Assembly (NCBI GenBank): GCA_027050205.1
Contig: JALUCS010000065.1
Span: forward strand, 1 to 13,777
Reading direction: 5' to 3'
Length of the DNA: 13,777 nt
Source: a candidate division WOR-3 bacterium
Lineage (GTDB): Bacteria; Hydrothermota; Hydrothermia; LBFQ01
Part shown: positions 1-8,460 of the stretch, in pieces
Position numbering within the stretch: position 1 is the first letter of the stretch
Layout: each line of letters starts with the position of its first letter
Made by a program: the position numbers and the translations under genes
The notes under the pieces: model-generated
Seen by the model: only the letters and a program-made list of their open reading frames with translations
Databases searched by the model: none
What the model was told of the DNA's origin: nothing

Positions 1-264
1 TAGGGGCAGGGGTGAGGTTCGTAGAGGGAGACTCCTTAGACCTCCTGATAGGTGGCTACAGCAACTCCTTCAGTACAGACACTTCGGACTACGACCTTAT
101 AGCCCTAAGGGTAAGGCCGGAGAGGTTGGGCGTGGATGAGAGGCCGAGGTACGAGGCTATAGTTGAGGGGAAGGTTAGGATATACGACGCCTCTGGGAGG
201 CTGATATACGTAGGGGAGTACGAGAGGGCTAAGGTTGGCAGTGGTGTCTTCTTCGTCATTGGCA
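1..264 (+). repeat. Direct repeat copy 1 (partner 4439..4702)
   Basis: Manual alignment at offset 4438 gives 9 mismatches in 264 nt, only 1 in the first 127 nt. Left boundary lies outside the window. Confidence 0.95.
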
Positions 265-296
265 GAAACGGAGTAAGGAAGATAATAAGGAGGTGA
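3..296 (+). CDS. 3' end (5'-truncated by window edge) of an exported protein with T9SS-like C-terminal sorting domain; paralogue of 3334..4734
   Basis: Frame open from the window edge to TGA at 294-296. Translation nearly identical to the last ~97 aa of 3334..4734; ends GVDE...IYDASGRLI...GVFFV...RKIIRR. Confidence 0.85.
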   Translation, partial: GAGVRFVEGDSLDLLIGGYSNSFSTDTSDYDLIALRVRPERLGVDERPRYEAIVEGKVRIYDASGRLIYVGEYERAKVGSGVFFVIGRNGVRKIIRR

Positions 297-299
297 AGC

Positions 300-3197
300 A
301 TGGTATGGAGCCTTGCCTATGCTTTGCCCTTCTCTACGTTTGAAATCCTCCGTGATAACGAGAGGATGTCTTACTGCCGTGGGGCAAACGATACCATCCA
401 CGCGATGTACGTCCTCGGCAGCATCAGGGAGATATGGGGGAGCCGTCCCACCCATATACCGGCGTGGTCCCGTCGTTTCCTCGTCCCGTGGCCTTTCAAC
501 AGGTCGGATCTGGATCGGCCTTGGTACTACAGGAGCTACTCGGCTTACGTGTATTACGACTCCTACGGACAGTACGTGGTAGCGGGTGAGGTGAACCCAG
601 GTTTTGACAGGATCATCCTTGTAGATAGTTCAGGCCTCTTTAGAGGCGATACGCTTAAGGTGTATTACTATGAGTATAAAATCCTTCAAAAGCTGGATAG
701 TGTGGTTGATTTCAACGACTACGATCTTGACGGAGACTGTATCGTAGATAATGCATCAATTCTTATGACTGTACCAGTTTATAGGTTCGGATATCCACAA
801 CTATTTACCACATATATTACTAATGATCCATGCGGATCATCTTATGTAGAGATACATGTGGAATCTGGCATGACTCTCGGATACGGAAAGCCCGAAAACC
901 TCATAGGTGTCTCGCCCTACTACAAGGCCGTTCCTATGCCCTTCCACGAGTGGTTCCATGTTTTATGCGTACCTGACAAGTACGATACAAATCGGAACAG
1001 GAACAACGAATGGAATGTCTGTCGCCTACCTAACCCAGCACTTAACTCTATGTCTGTAGGCTATTACTCCCAGGTAGCTCCCATAACGGCCCCCCTACCT
1101 AGGCCTTCCAGCCCCTACGATAAGGTTATTATGCATAGGCATGGGCATTACGATAGGGTTCAGATTGTGGATATAACCTCCTCCGGTACCTACGTCTTTG
1201 AAGATCACGCCACGAGCGGGAAGATATACCGAATTCCTATCTCTCCAGGGCAGTACTTCTTAATAACCAACCACCAGAAGCTCTCAAGGGTTGAGGATAT
1301 CTTCAGAGGAAAAGGTCTCCTGATATGGCACATTAACGAAAGTTATCTAATAAAGTACGAATCCGAGAAACGAAAACAGGAAGACCTTGAGAGTGCCTTT
1401 GGTCTATGGGATTACAGGGGTAGGTCCTACGGGGAGGATCCGGAAAGGGGGTACGACAACCTTGACTTCGGTTTGGACACCGTATATGTGCCTACATGCT
1501 ACGCATACTACGCCCGAAATACCATCGGCAACGCCTCTTACGGCTACGCATCTCCCTACGACTTCTTCAACGAGGAAAACAAGACCGTATTTGATCACCT
1601 ATCCAACCCCTCATCCGACGCATACAACGATCTACAGGCTTACTACGTCACCTTCCCCGGAGATTCGTGCTTTGAGGACAGCGGCGTATGGATACCGGAT
1701 GCGTGCGTGGCGTACACCATAATACGACCGGACTCGGAGGACCCGAGCAGACAGGATACCATTAAAGTCGGCCGCCTGTGGTGGAGTGCGGAACAGGAGC
1801 TAAACGTACCCCAGAACATAGCCACCCACATAGCCATCAGGAACATCCGCAAGGAGGGAGGCGTAGGTCCAAACATGGTGGCGGAGGTTTATATAAACTA
1901 CGTTCAGAGCAACGATAGTATAGCAACGGGTCCTTCCACGTCCCCTAAGCTGGCTTACGATGGCTCCAGAATGCACATGGTCTATACCTCAAAGGGCTAT
2001 GTCTATTACACCAGCGCCCTGACGACCACCTCCGTGTGGAGTCCGGCCTATCCCATAGACGTAGGGGAAGATCCGGCCATCGCCTTCAGTCCCTCCGGTG
2101 AAGCGTGCGTAGTCTGGACGAAGGACAGGGAGTTAAGGTTCAACTGCGGCGGAGCAAGCTACTCCTCCTGGACCGATAACGTAACCCTCTTCAGAAGTCC
2201 CATTACGGAGAGACCCAAAGCCCCTGCCATAGCCATAGGTCCCGATGACACCGTTCACGTCGTGTTTAAGAAGAAAGGGCTGACTTCGGGTACCAAGATA
2301 CTCTACGGGAAGTTCCCCAAGGACGACCCCGACGGTGTTAGATGGGAGGTCATCGGAAAGTGTGGGGGTGTCCCTCCGGTTAGGTCTCTACCATCCTATA
2401 CGCCATATGGTGGCCCATCCATAACCCTCATAGATGGGGGAAGGCCCTTCGTAGTCTGGTCCTGCAGGGACACCGTCAAGTACACCTATTGGAATGGCTC
2501 GGCTTGGACGACGGTTGAAACTGCCGGTCTGGGTAAGGCTCCTTCCGTCTCCTCCAACGGCGGCGATACGGTCATTCTCGCCTATCTGAACGACAGAGAG
2601 GTAAAGGCCCGGTACTACACCCTCTCCTCCAGTGTCTGGTCCCCCGAAACCACCTTTGATGACTCCGCCTTCGCCCCTACAGCCGCCTATCCCTTCGTAG
2701 GTTGGACGAGGGTAAAGGGAGACGACTGGTGCGACGTCTGTAGGGAGGTAAAGGTTTCATACCTCAACGGTGGAAGCTGGGCCACACCCGTACATCTTAA
2801 GGAGAACTTCGGCTATATGGACTATCCGGCCCTCCTACCCGTTCCTGCCCTCTCCGGTACGAACCTCCACCTCGTGGTCTCAAGGTACGACGGCAGGGCC
2901 TACGAGGTGGCGCACTTTGATACCCTCTTCTCCGGAGTGTATCTCCCCTTCGCCCTATCCGCCAACGAGGCTAAAGAGGGGGTACGGATAGAGGTCATAG
3001 GCGATAGACTGATGATATACGGCACAGACGCCGTATCCGTAAGGGCCTACGATGCGGCCGGGAGGATGTTTGCACCGACGGTGAAGAGGGAAGGGACCAC
3101 CTTCAAGGTTAGCCTGAAGGGGCTTCCAAAGGGCATTTACATGTACCTCGTAAAGTGGGAGGGTGGCCGCAGGATCATAAAGGTTATAAGAAGATAA
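300..3197 (+). CDS. M6 (immune inhibitor A)-like zinc metalloprotease with C-terminal beta-propeller-like repeats and T9SS-like C-terminal domain
   Basis: 965 aa, SD AAGGAGGT upstream. HEWFHVLCVPDKYD (HExxHxxxxPD), then SMSVG, YFLITNHQ and GLLIWHINE, all M6-like. About 7 repeats of P-x-(I/L)-A...H-V-V-W type. C-terminus YDAAGR...LPKGIY...KVIRR. Confidence 0.75.
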   Translation: MVWSLAYALPFSTFEILRDNERMSYCRGANDTIHAMYVLGSIREIWGSRPTHIPAWSRRFLVPWPFNRSDLDRPWYYRSYSAYVYYDSYGQYVVAGEVNPGFDRIILVDSSGLFRGDTLKVYYYEYKILQKLDSVVDFNDYDLDGDCIVDNASILMTVPVYRFGYPQLFTTYITNDPCGSSYVEIHVESGMTLGYGKPENLIGVSPYYKAVPMPFHEWFHVLCVPDKYDTNRNRNNEWNVCRLPNPALNSMSVGYYSQVAPITAPLPRPSSPYDKVIMHRHGHYDRVQIVDITSSGTYVFEDHATSGKIYRIPISPGQYFLITNHQKLSRVEDIFRGKGLLIWHINESYLIKYESEKRKQEDLESAFGLWDYRGRSYGEDPERGYDNLDFGLDTVYVPTCYAYYARNTIGNASYGYASPYDFFNEENKTVFDHLSNPSSDAYNDLQAYYVTFPGDSCFEDSGVWIPDACVAYTIIRPDSEDPSRQDTIKVGRLWWSAEQELNVPQNIATHIAIRNIRKEGGVGPNMVAEVYINYVQSNDSIATGPSTSPKLAYDGSRMHMVYTSKGYVYYTSALTTTSVWSPAYPIDVGEDPAIAFSPSGEACVVWTKDRELRFNCGGASYSSWTDNVTLFRSPITERPKAPAIAIGPDDTVHVVFKKKGLTSGTKILYGKFPKDDPDGVRWEVIGKCGGVPPVRSLPSYTPYGGPSITLIDGGRPFVVWSCRDTVKYTYWNGSAWTTVETAGLGKAPSVSSNGGDTVILAYLNDREVKARYYTLSSSVWSPETTFDDSAFAPTAAYPFVGWTRVKGDDWCDVCREVKVSYLNGGSWATPVHLKENFGYMDYPALLPVPALSGTNLHLVVSRYDGRAYEVAHFDTLFSGVYLPFALSANEAKEGVRIEVIGDRLMIYGTDAVSVRAYDAAGRMFAPTVKREGTTFKVSLKGLPKGIYMYLVKWEGGRRIIKVIRR

Positions 3198-3318
3198 CAA
3201 CATTCAGACACTTTTGAGTCGAAATATTGCAGCATAAGAGTTAGAATGTCAGGATTTTAGCATAATTCTTGGATGCTTTCCAAAATAGGGCGGCTCACAA
3301 ATTCCCATCTTCCACCCT

Positions 3319-3324
3319 TATACT
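3319..3324 (+). promoter_or_regulatory. Putative -10 element TATACT, 9 nt before ATG 3334
   Basis: TANNNT match with no SD before the ATG; -35 weak. Confidence 0.4.
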
Positions 3325-3333
3325 TCCGGTGTT

Positions 3334-4734
3334 ATGATGATACTCCTCTTCAGCCAGCTATCAGACACCGTCTGGATGAGGGTATATCCCCGTGTTGGGG
3401 AACAGAAGGTGTTCAGGGGAGTGGAGTCCAACGCCGGCCTCGTAGTGGTTGGATACACCACCGAAAACGGGGACAAGGACGTGTTCGTAGCCGAGATAGA
3501 CACCCTCGGAAACCTCCTGTGGGCCACTGTCCAAGGAGACAGCGGTATAGACGAGGTTGCGAAAGGTGTAGCGAAGTTGCCGGATGGGTACTTGGTGGTA
3601 GGGTGGAGAGGACCCGTAGGGAACAGGGACATATACTTGGTGAAGATAGACACAGTTGGGAGTGTGGTGTGGGACACTACGTACGGTGTAGATGGGGAGG
3701 AGGAAGGGTTGTATGGAGCAACGTACGACACGTTGAGGGGGATAGTGTGGGGAGTAGGGTTCAAGAGGTTCAGTTGGGACACGTCGTACGTGGGGTACAT
3801 TATTGGTATAGACCCCTCCAATGGGGACAGTGTGAAGGCAACGATAGTGAATATCCCTGATGCGGGATACGAGTTGTTGTACGGTGTGGCTGTTAGGGAA
3901 GATGGTAAAGTCGTAGCGGTGGGGAAGGGGGTGGTTTATCACTACGAAGGTGTTCTCCCCTACTTTTACGCCCTTGGTTTTCTCCTTGATACGTCCGTCT
4001 CGTACGTTGATAGTGCCTATCTGTACGCCTCCCCTTGGATACCCGGAACCTTCTACGGTGTGGCGATGGATGTTTATATGAGAGGAAATTATGAGTATGC
4101 GTTCGGGGGAGTATATTATGTAGATGACCCTGATCCCCTTGGAGTGATGTGTGGAACCCCACGTTTTGGCAGTTTTGCTTACTATTTTGACCGCTCCTTT
4201 GACCATGGCATACTGTCCTCGTCGCTGAAAGATTCAACGGTTGCCCTTGTGGGGTTCAAAGGGAACCTAACCTACACCTACGATGTTGGGGTCCTGAACC
4301 TTACAGATACGACGGAGCCGTACGCTGACTTCACCGATACGACCCTGAACAACAGTGGGATCCTAATCGCTATGATGGAGAAATTCTGGCTCTTTTGCGA
4401 TCCGAACTGGGGATTTTACGACTTTCCGCGGACGGACGTAGGGGCAGGGGTGAGGTTCGTAGAGGGAGACTCCTTAGACCTCCTGATAGGTGGCTACAGC
4501 AACTCCTTCAGTACGGACACTTCGGACTACGACCTTATAGCCCTAAGGGTAAGGCCGGAGAGGTTAGGTGTGGATGAGAGGCCGAGGTACGAGGCTATAG
4601 TTGAGGGGAAGGTTAGGATATACGACGCCTCCGGTAGGTTGATATACGTAGGGGAGTACGATAGGGCTAAGGTTGGCAGGGGTGTCTTCTTCGTCGTTGG
4701 CAAGGGAGGGGTGCGTAAGGTTATAAGGAGGTAG
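3334..4734 (+). CDS. Exported beta-propeller-type repeat protein with T9SS-like C-terminal sorting domain
   Basis: 466 aa. Repeats DVFVAEIDTLGNLLW...G..DE and DIYLVKIDTVGSVVW...YG..EE with (Y/L)LVVG blades. C-terminus IYDASGRLI...GVFFV...RKVIRR. Confidence 0.8.
   Translation: MMILLFSQLSDTVWMRVYPRVGEQKVFRGVESNAGLVVVGYTTENGDKDVFVAEIDTLGNLLWATVQGDSGIDEVAKGVAKLPDGYLVVGWRGPVGNRDIYLVKIDTVGSVVWDTTYGVDGEEEGLYGATYDTLRGIVWGVGFKRFSWDTSYVGYIIGIDPSNGDSVKATIVNIPDAGYELLYGVAVREDGKVVAVGKGVVYHYEGVLPYFYALGFLLDTSVSYVDSAYLYASPWIPGTFYGVAMDVYMRGNYEYAFGGVYYVDDPDPLGVMCGTPRFGSFAYYFDRSFDHGILSSSLKDSTVALVGFKGNLTYTYDVGVLNLTDTTEPYADFTDTTLNNSGILIAMMEKFWLFCDPNWGFYDFPRTDVGAGVRFVEGDSLDLLIGGYSNSFSTDTSDYDLIALRVRPERLGVDERPRYEAIVEGKVRIYDASGRLIYVGEYDRAKVGRGVFFVVGKGGVRKVIRR
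4439..4702 (+). repeat. Direct repeat copy 2 (partner 1..264)
   Basis: About 96-97% identical to 1..264 by manual alignment. Confidence 0.95.
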
Positions 4735-5764
4735 CCTCTATGGTCCCCCCTCCGAGGAGGACGTCGTCAAGATAGAAGGCGGCACCCTGACCGGGAGCGG
4801 GAGCGAAGACGGGTTCCATAAACCGGACCTTCGCCCTATCCCCTTCCACCTCCACCTCCGCCTCCGTAGGCCTCGCCATAGCCCTCACCTGCACCTTAGC
4901 CTTGAGCCTCCCACCGGGTAGGTGGTGCCAGTTGAGGGAAGAGACCTCAATACCCTCCGCCATTACCTCCTCATAGTCCCCCAGAATTACGTCCCCCCCA
5001 ACTATGGCCTTCACGTAGACCCTCTTCCCCAGAGCCACACCGAGACCCCTCCTCTGCCCCACCGTGAAGTTATGGACCCCGGAGTGGTAACCCACAACCT
5101 TCCCCCTGTATATCAACCGCCCCGGCCGGCTCACTACCCCCCTCTCCTTCAGGAAGTCCCTGTAGTCCCCATATACGAAGCACAGGTCCTGGGACTCCGG
5201 TCGCTTCGCCGTAGGTAGGCCGTACTCTAAGGCGATCCTCCTGACCTCCTCCTTGGCCATGCTGCCAACGGGGAAAAGGAGACGGGGGATCCACTCGCGG
5301 GGTATCCTGAAGAGAAAGTAGGACTGATCCTTACGGATGTCCGGCCCCCGCCTCAAGAGCTGTACCCCTCCCAAGAGGGCCTTCCGTACGTAGTGGCCGG
5401 TGGCGACGTAGTACGCCCCTATCTCATCGGCGAAGTCAAAGAGGGCCTTCAGCTTGTACTCCCTGTTGCATAGGAGACAGGGGTTGGGAGTGCGTCCCCG
5501 TGCGTACTCCCTTACGAAGTACCCCACAACGTCCCTCTTGAAACCCTCGGAGTAGTCTATGCTGTAGAAGGGGATTCCCAACTTCACGGCCACCCTTCGG
5601 GCGAAGTGAATGGCGGATATGCTGCAGCACGAGTGGGGATAGTCCCCTTCGGGGTTGAGGAGGACGCTAACACCTACGACCTCGTACCCGGCCTCTTTGA
5701 GGAGTAGGGCCGCCACCGAGCTATCCACCCCACCGGAGAGGCCTACCACCACCTTACCCTTCAC
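4721..5764 (-). CDS. mnmA: tRNA 2-thiouridine(34) synthase MnmA
   Basis: SGGVDS PP-loop, TPNPCLLCN, ATGHY, KDQSYFL, ESQDLCF, GQRRGLG, APGQ. Start reassigned to GTG at 5764 because the ORF-track extension runs through the tRNA. 3' end overlaps the convergent gene by 14 nt. Confidence 0.95.
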   Translation of the reverse strand: MKGKVVVGLSGGVDSSVAALLLKEAGYEVVGVSVLLNPEGDYPHSCCSISAIHFARRVAVKLGIPFYSIDYSEGFKRDVVGYFVREYARGRTPNPCLLCNREYKLKALFDFADEIGAYYVATGHYVRKALLGGVQLLRRGPDIRKDQSYFLFRIPREWIPRLLFPVGSMAKEEVRRIALEYGLPTAKRPESQDLCFVYGDYRDFLKERGVVSRPGRLIYRGKVVGYHSGVHNFTVGQRRGLGVALGKRVYVKAIVGGDVILGDYEEVMAEGIEVSSLNWHHLPGGRLKAKVQVRAMARPTEAEVEVEGDRAKVRFMEPVFAPAPGQGAAFYLDDVLLGGGTIEATSL

Positions 5765-5776
5765 GATAAAAAAAAG

Positions 5777-5848
5777 AGCGGGAGACGGGATTCGAACCCG
5801 CGACCCCCTGCATGGCAAGCAGGTGCTCTACCACTGAGCTACTCCCGC
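5777..5848 (-). tRNA. tRNA-Gly (GCC), CCA not encoded
   Basis: Reverse complement GCGGGAGTAGCTCAGTGGTAGAGCACCTGCTTGCCATGCAGGGGGTCGCGGGTTCGAATCCCGTCTCCCGCT: 7-bp acceptor stem, D arm, anticodon stem CCTGC/GCAGG around GCC, GTTCGAATC T-loop, U discriminator. Confidence 0.97.
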
Positions 5849-5861
5849 CCGTGAGGTGTAT

Positions 5862-5867
5862 ATTATA
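5862..5867 (-). promoter_or_regulatory. Putative -10 (TATAAT) for the tRNA-Gly/mnmA transcript
   Basis: Perfect TATAAT on the minus strand 13 nt upstream of the tRNA 5' end; -35 poor. Confidence 0.55.
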
Positions 5868-5905
5868 TAGCGGAAAGGGGAGTGCGTGCAGACTCCCGCC
5901 GCCCG

Positions 5906-5911
5906 TAAAAT
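5906..5911 (+). promoter_or_regulatory. Putative -10 (TAAAAT), 9 nt before ATG 5921; divergent from the tRNA promoter
   Basis: 5/6 match to TATAAT within the 72-nt divergent intergenic region. Confidence 0.4.
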
Positions 5912-5920
5912 GGCAGAGGT

Positions 5921-7741
5921 ATGATAGTCTATTTTTCGGCCTTTCTGCCCTACGAGGCTCTGAATAGGGCCAACGCCCTCGTAAAGTCCGGGGCATCCGT
6001 ACCGTCCCGGAGCGTTTCTTTGGAAACCGTGCGGAACCCCTCCCCTATAGCCTTCTACTTCGGGGTACTCAAGGGCGGTTCTTTCGTCCTCTCCGGCGAC
6101 ACCCTCGTGGTTGGGGACTCTCCGGCCGAGACCTTGAGGATATCCGGCACGTGGTCCCACAGCGGCCCCATATTCGTCGTAAATGACGGCGTCTTCATCC
6201 TTGACGGTGCTGATGCCACTATAGACGGCAAAATCTTCGTCCTTAACCGCGGTAAGGTGATAGCAGACAGCTCCTTCCTGTACTTCCCGCAGCGTTTCAA
6301 CTACCAGTACGGCTACATCATCGCCGACGAGGGGGAGGTTGTAATAACCAACAGCGAGACCTTCTTCAACGGCTTCACCTTCGGTGTGGTGGTCGTGGAT
6401 TCCGCCCGCTTCGTAGAGAGGTACGTAAGGAACGGGGGATTCACCACCTTTGGCGGATACGGAGAGGCCCCGTATATAGAGGCGGAATATACGGACAACG
6501 TGGGTGAGATAGTGGTAGGGAGGAAGGGCAGGTACGTCGTAAGACACTCCGATACTCTCCTGCTCTGGCATCGCTTCCCCCCGGGTTGTACGGCCAGTAT
6601 AACCTTCCCCTCATATTCCGATACCGTCTTCCATTACACGTTTGACTCCACCCTCTCCTCCGTCAGCGGCATAGATTACTCCGTCCTCGTGGACACTACT
6701 ACGGGCATAATGTGGGGGATGATGGTTGAGGACTCCTCCAACGTCACGGTGTCCAACTCCTACGTCAGATCCGTCGGCATCTTCTTCCGGGGGAGCGACA
6801 CCCTCTCCATCTCTGGCATAACCAACGGTGTCACCTACACCTCCTACACCGTACCTATACCCGACAGGTACCTCCACTTCAACAACTCCTACGTCAACAC
6901 CTTCAGCCTCTACCCGATGGACAGCGCGGTCGTATATGCGAGGGGATGCATAGTGGGGGAGGCTCTCCCGATAGCGCACTCTTACCTTGAGATAACCAAC
7001 TCCTATGTAGACGGCTCCGGCGGATACCTCGGCAGTACGGAGAACTCCCTGAACCTCGCCGCCTTTACGTCCATAACGACCAACCTCCAGTCCTCCGGCA
7101 ACTCCATCCTCATCTTCGCGTACTCCGCCCAGGCCGGTTTCCTCGGTCAGGTGGTGGCCTCCGAAAACTCCATAATGGTCATCGCCCAGTCCTCCACCCT
7201 TGAGTACCCGGAGGTTCACGATGGTGCCTTCGCCTGGGTCAGCAACATCAAAGCCCCCGCCTACGCCCCCATAGGTGCCAGCATAACGGTGAGAGGGGAC
7301 GCCTACGGCGAGGCCGGACCTCTCGGAAGTTTCCTTAGGTTCTCGTCCTACAGCCTGTACTACCAGATGGCCGGGGACAGCATCTGGGTCCCCATAGCCA
7401 CAGACATCACGACGCCGGTTAAGGACGGCGTACTGGCCGTATGGGATACGGAGGGCCTGTTGCCGGGTATGTACTTCCTCAAGCTCAAGACGACCGTATC
7501 CACGGGGGACAGCATCTCCGTCCTCAAGGCCATAAACCTTGGCACCATGGACGTCTCCGAGAGAGCGAAGGCATCCGGTGGCCTGAAGGTCTCCGGTACC
7601 ACCGTCTATTACCCCGGAAGGTACAGCATCTACTCCCCTTCGGGCAGGCTCATCTTCTCCGGTGAGGGGAGGGTAAGGCTCAAGCGGGGCGCGTACTTTG
7701 CCAGAGTCGGCGGGAGGATCGTAAGGATGGTGTTGAGGTAG
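5921..7741 (+). CDS. Exported beta-rich (possibly beta-helix) protein with short T9SS-like C-terminal domain; function unknown
   Basis: 606 aa, S/T/G/V-rich short beta repeats (IFVVNDGVFIL, IFVLNRGKVIA, IIADEGEVVITNS). WDTEGLLPGMYFLKL Ig-like motif. C-terminus IYSPSGRLI...GAYFARVGGRIVRMVLR. Confidence 0.75.
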   Translation: MIVYFSAFLPYEALNRANALVKSGASVPSRSVSLETVRNPSPIAFYFGVLKGGSFVLSGDTLVVGDSPAETLRISGTWSHSGPIFVVNDGVFILDGADATIDGKIFVLNRGKVIADSSFLYFPQRFNYQYGYIIADEGEVVITNSETFFNGFTFGVVVVDSARFVERYVRNGGFTTFGGYGEAPYIEAEYTDNVGEIVVGRKGRYVVRHSDTLLLWHRFPPGCTASITFPSYSDTVFHYTFDSTLSSVSGIDYSVLVDTTTGIMWGMMVEDSSNVTVSNSYVRSVGIFFRGSDTLSISGITNGVTYTSYTVPIPDRYLHFNNSYVNTFSLYPMDSAVVYARGCIVGEALPIAHSYLEITNSYVDGSGGYLGSTENSLNLAAFTSITTNLQSSGNSILIFAYSAQAGFLGQVVASENSIMVIAQSSTLEYPEVHDGAFAWVSNIKAPAYAPIGASITVRGDAYGEAGPLGSFLRFSSYSLYYQMAGDSIWVPIATDITTPVKDGVLAVWDTEGLLPGMYFLKLKTTVSTGDSISVLKAINLGTMDVSERAKASGGLKVSGTTVYYPGRYSIYSPSGRLIFSGEGRVRLKRGAYFARVGGRIVRMVLR

Positions 7742-7747
7742 GGGTAC

Positions 7748-7776
7748 TTGACAAATTGGGTGAATGAGGACATCAT
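7748..7776 (+). promoter_or_regulatory. Putative sigma70-type promoter for the paralogue array
   Basis: TTGACA (7748-7753), 17-nt spacer, CATCAT (7771-7776). Confidence 0.55.
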
Positions 7777-7806
7777 TGTAGGTTATTCCGAGAGTAGAAA
7801 CCTAAA

Positions 7807-8460
7807 ATGTTTGCCGTAGTTGTGGGTTTCTTCGGGTGCCTGTTCGGAGGAAGTGTGGGGAAGGCCGGACGTTTTCCAAAATTACCCGAACCTCCCCCCG
7901 GCGTGGAGTGGTATCAGTTTCCGTCAGTTGGAGAACTCCCCTTTGAGCTGAAGGTTCTCGCTACGAAGTACATACCGGATACGCCTACGACCTACAAACG
8001 GATGTGCGGGGATGGGGACGTGTTAGTTGTAAAGAACCCTAACGATACGAGCGTGTACGTAGGACTGGAGTGGAAGAGGGTAGAAGAGCTTGATCCTCTG
8101 GTTATGGAGTACTGGTATGGAGACATAGAGGAGATCTTCTTCTCGGTGAGGATCCAGCCACCTTTGAAACCTCTGCAAGAAAAGAAGAATGGGCGTATAG
8201 TACTGTACTTCTATATGCCGGACCTTCTCCTTATTGATTCGCTTCCTCCGGAGGTCGTCAGGTACGACCATCAACGGCTGCTAAGGATGGTGAAGCGCAC
8301 CGCGTGCAGTAGCAACTCCTACTGTGAGATCAGGGCGAGGTTCGTTCGGGGTGGGGCAGGATATATAGATGGGGCAACGAAACCTACCGCGGCCGTTGAC
8401 TTCTTCCTTGCCCCACACGATAGCGTCGTGGTATACGTTTCGCCTATATACGGGAGGTAG
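7807..8460 (+). CDS. Hypothetical exported protein (possible lipoprotein), tandem paralogue 1
   Basis: 217 aa; N-terminus MFAVVVGFFGC. Shares PEPPP.VEWY, TKYIPDTPTTYK, EYWYGD and FLAP.DSVVVYVSPIYGR with the next two ORFs. Confidence 0.8.
   Translation: MFAVVVGFFGCLFGGSVGKAGRFPKLPEPPPGVEWYQFPSVGELPFELKVLATKYIPDTPTTYKRMCGDGDVLVVKNPNDTSVYVGLEWKRVEELDPLVMEYWYGDIEEIFFSVRIQPPLKPLQEKKNGRIVLYFYMPDLLLIDSLPPEVVRYDHQRLLRMVKRTACSSNSYCEIRARFVRGGAGYIDGATKPTAAVDFFLAPHDSVVVYVSPIYGR

Noticed and set aside
5765..5818. 18-aa N-terminal extension of MnmA in the ORF track
   Set aside because: It is a translation of the tRNA-Gly gene; MnmA homology begins at GTG 5764.
3273..7219. Long alternative-frame or antisense ORFs (3273..3860, 3361..4206, 5828..6571, 6611..7219 and similar)
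   Set aside because: They overlap well-supported genes, have no recognisable motifs and are expected shadows of biased codon usage.
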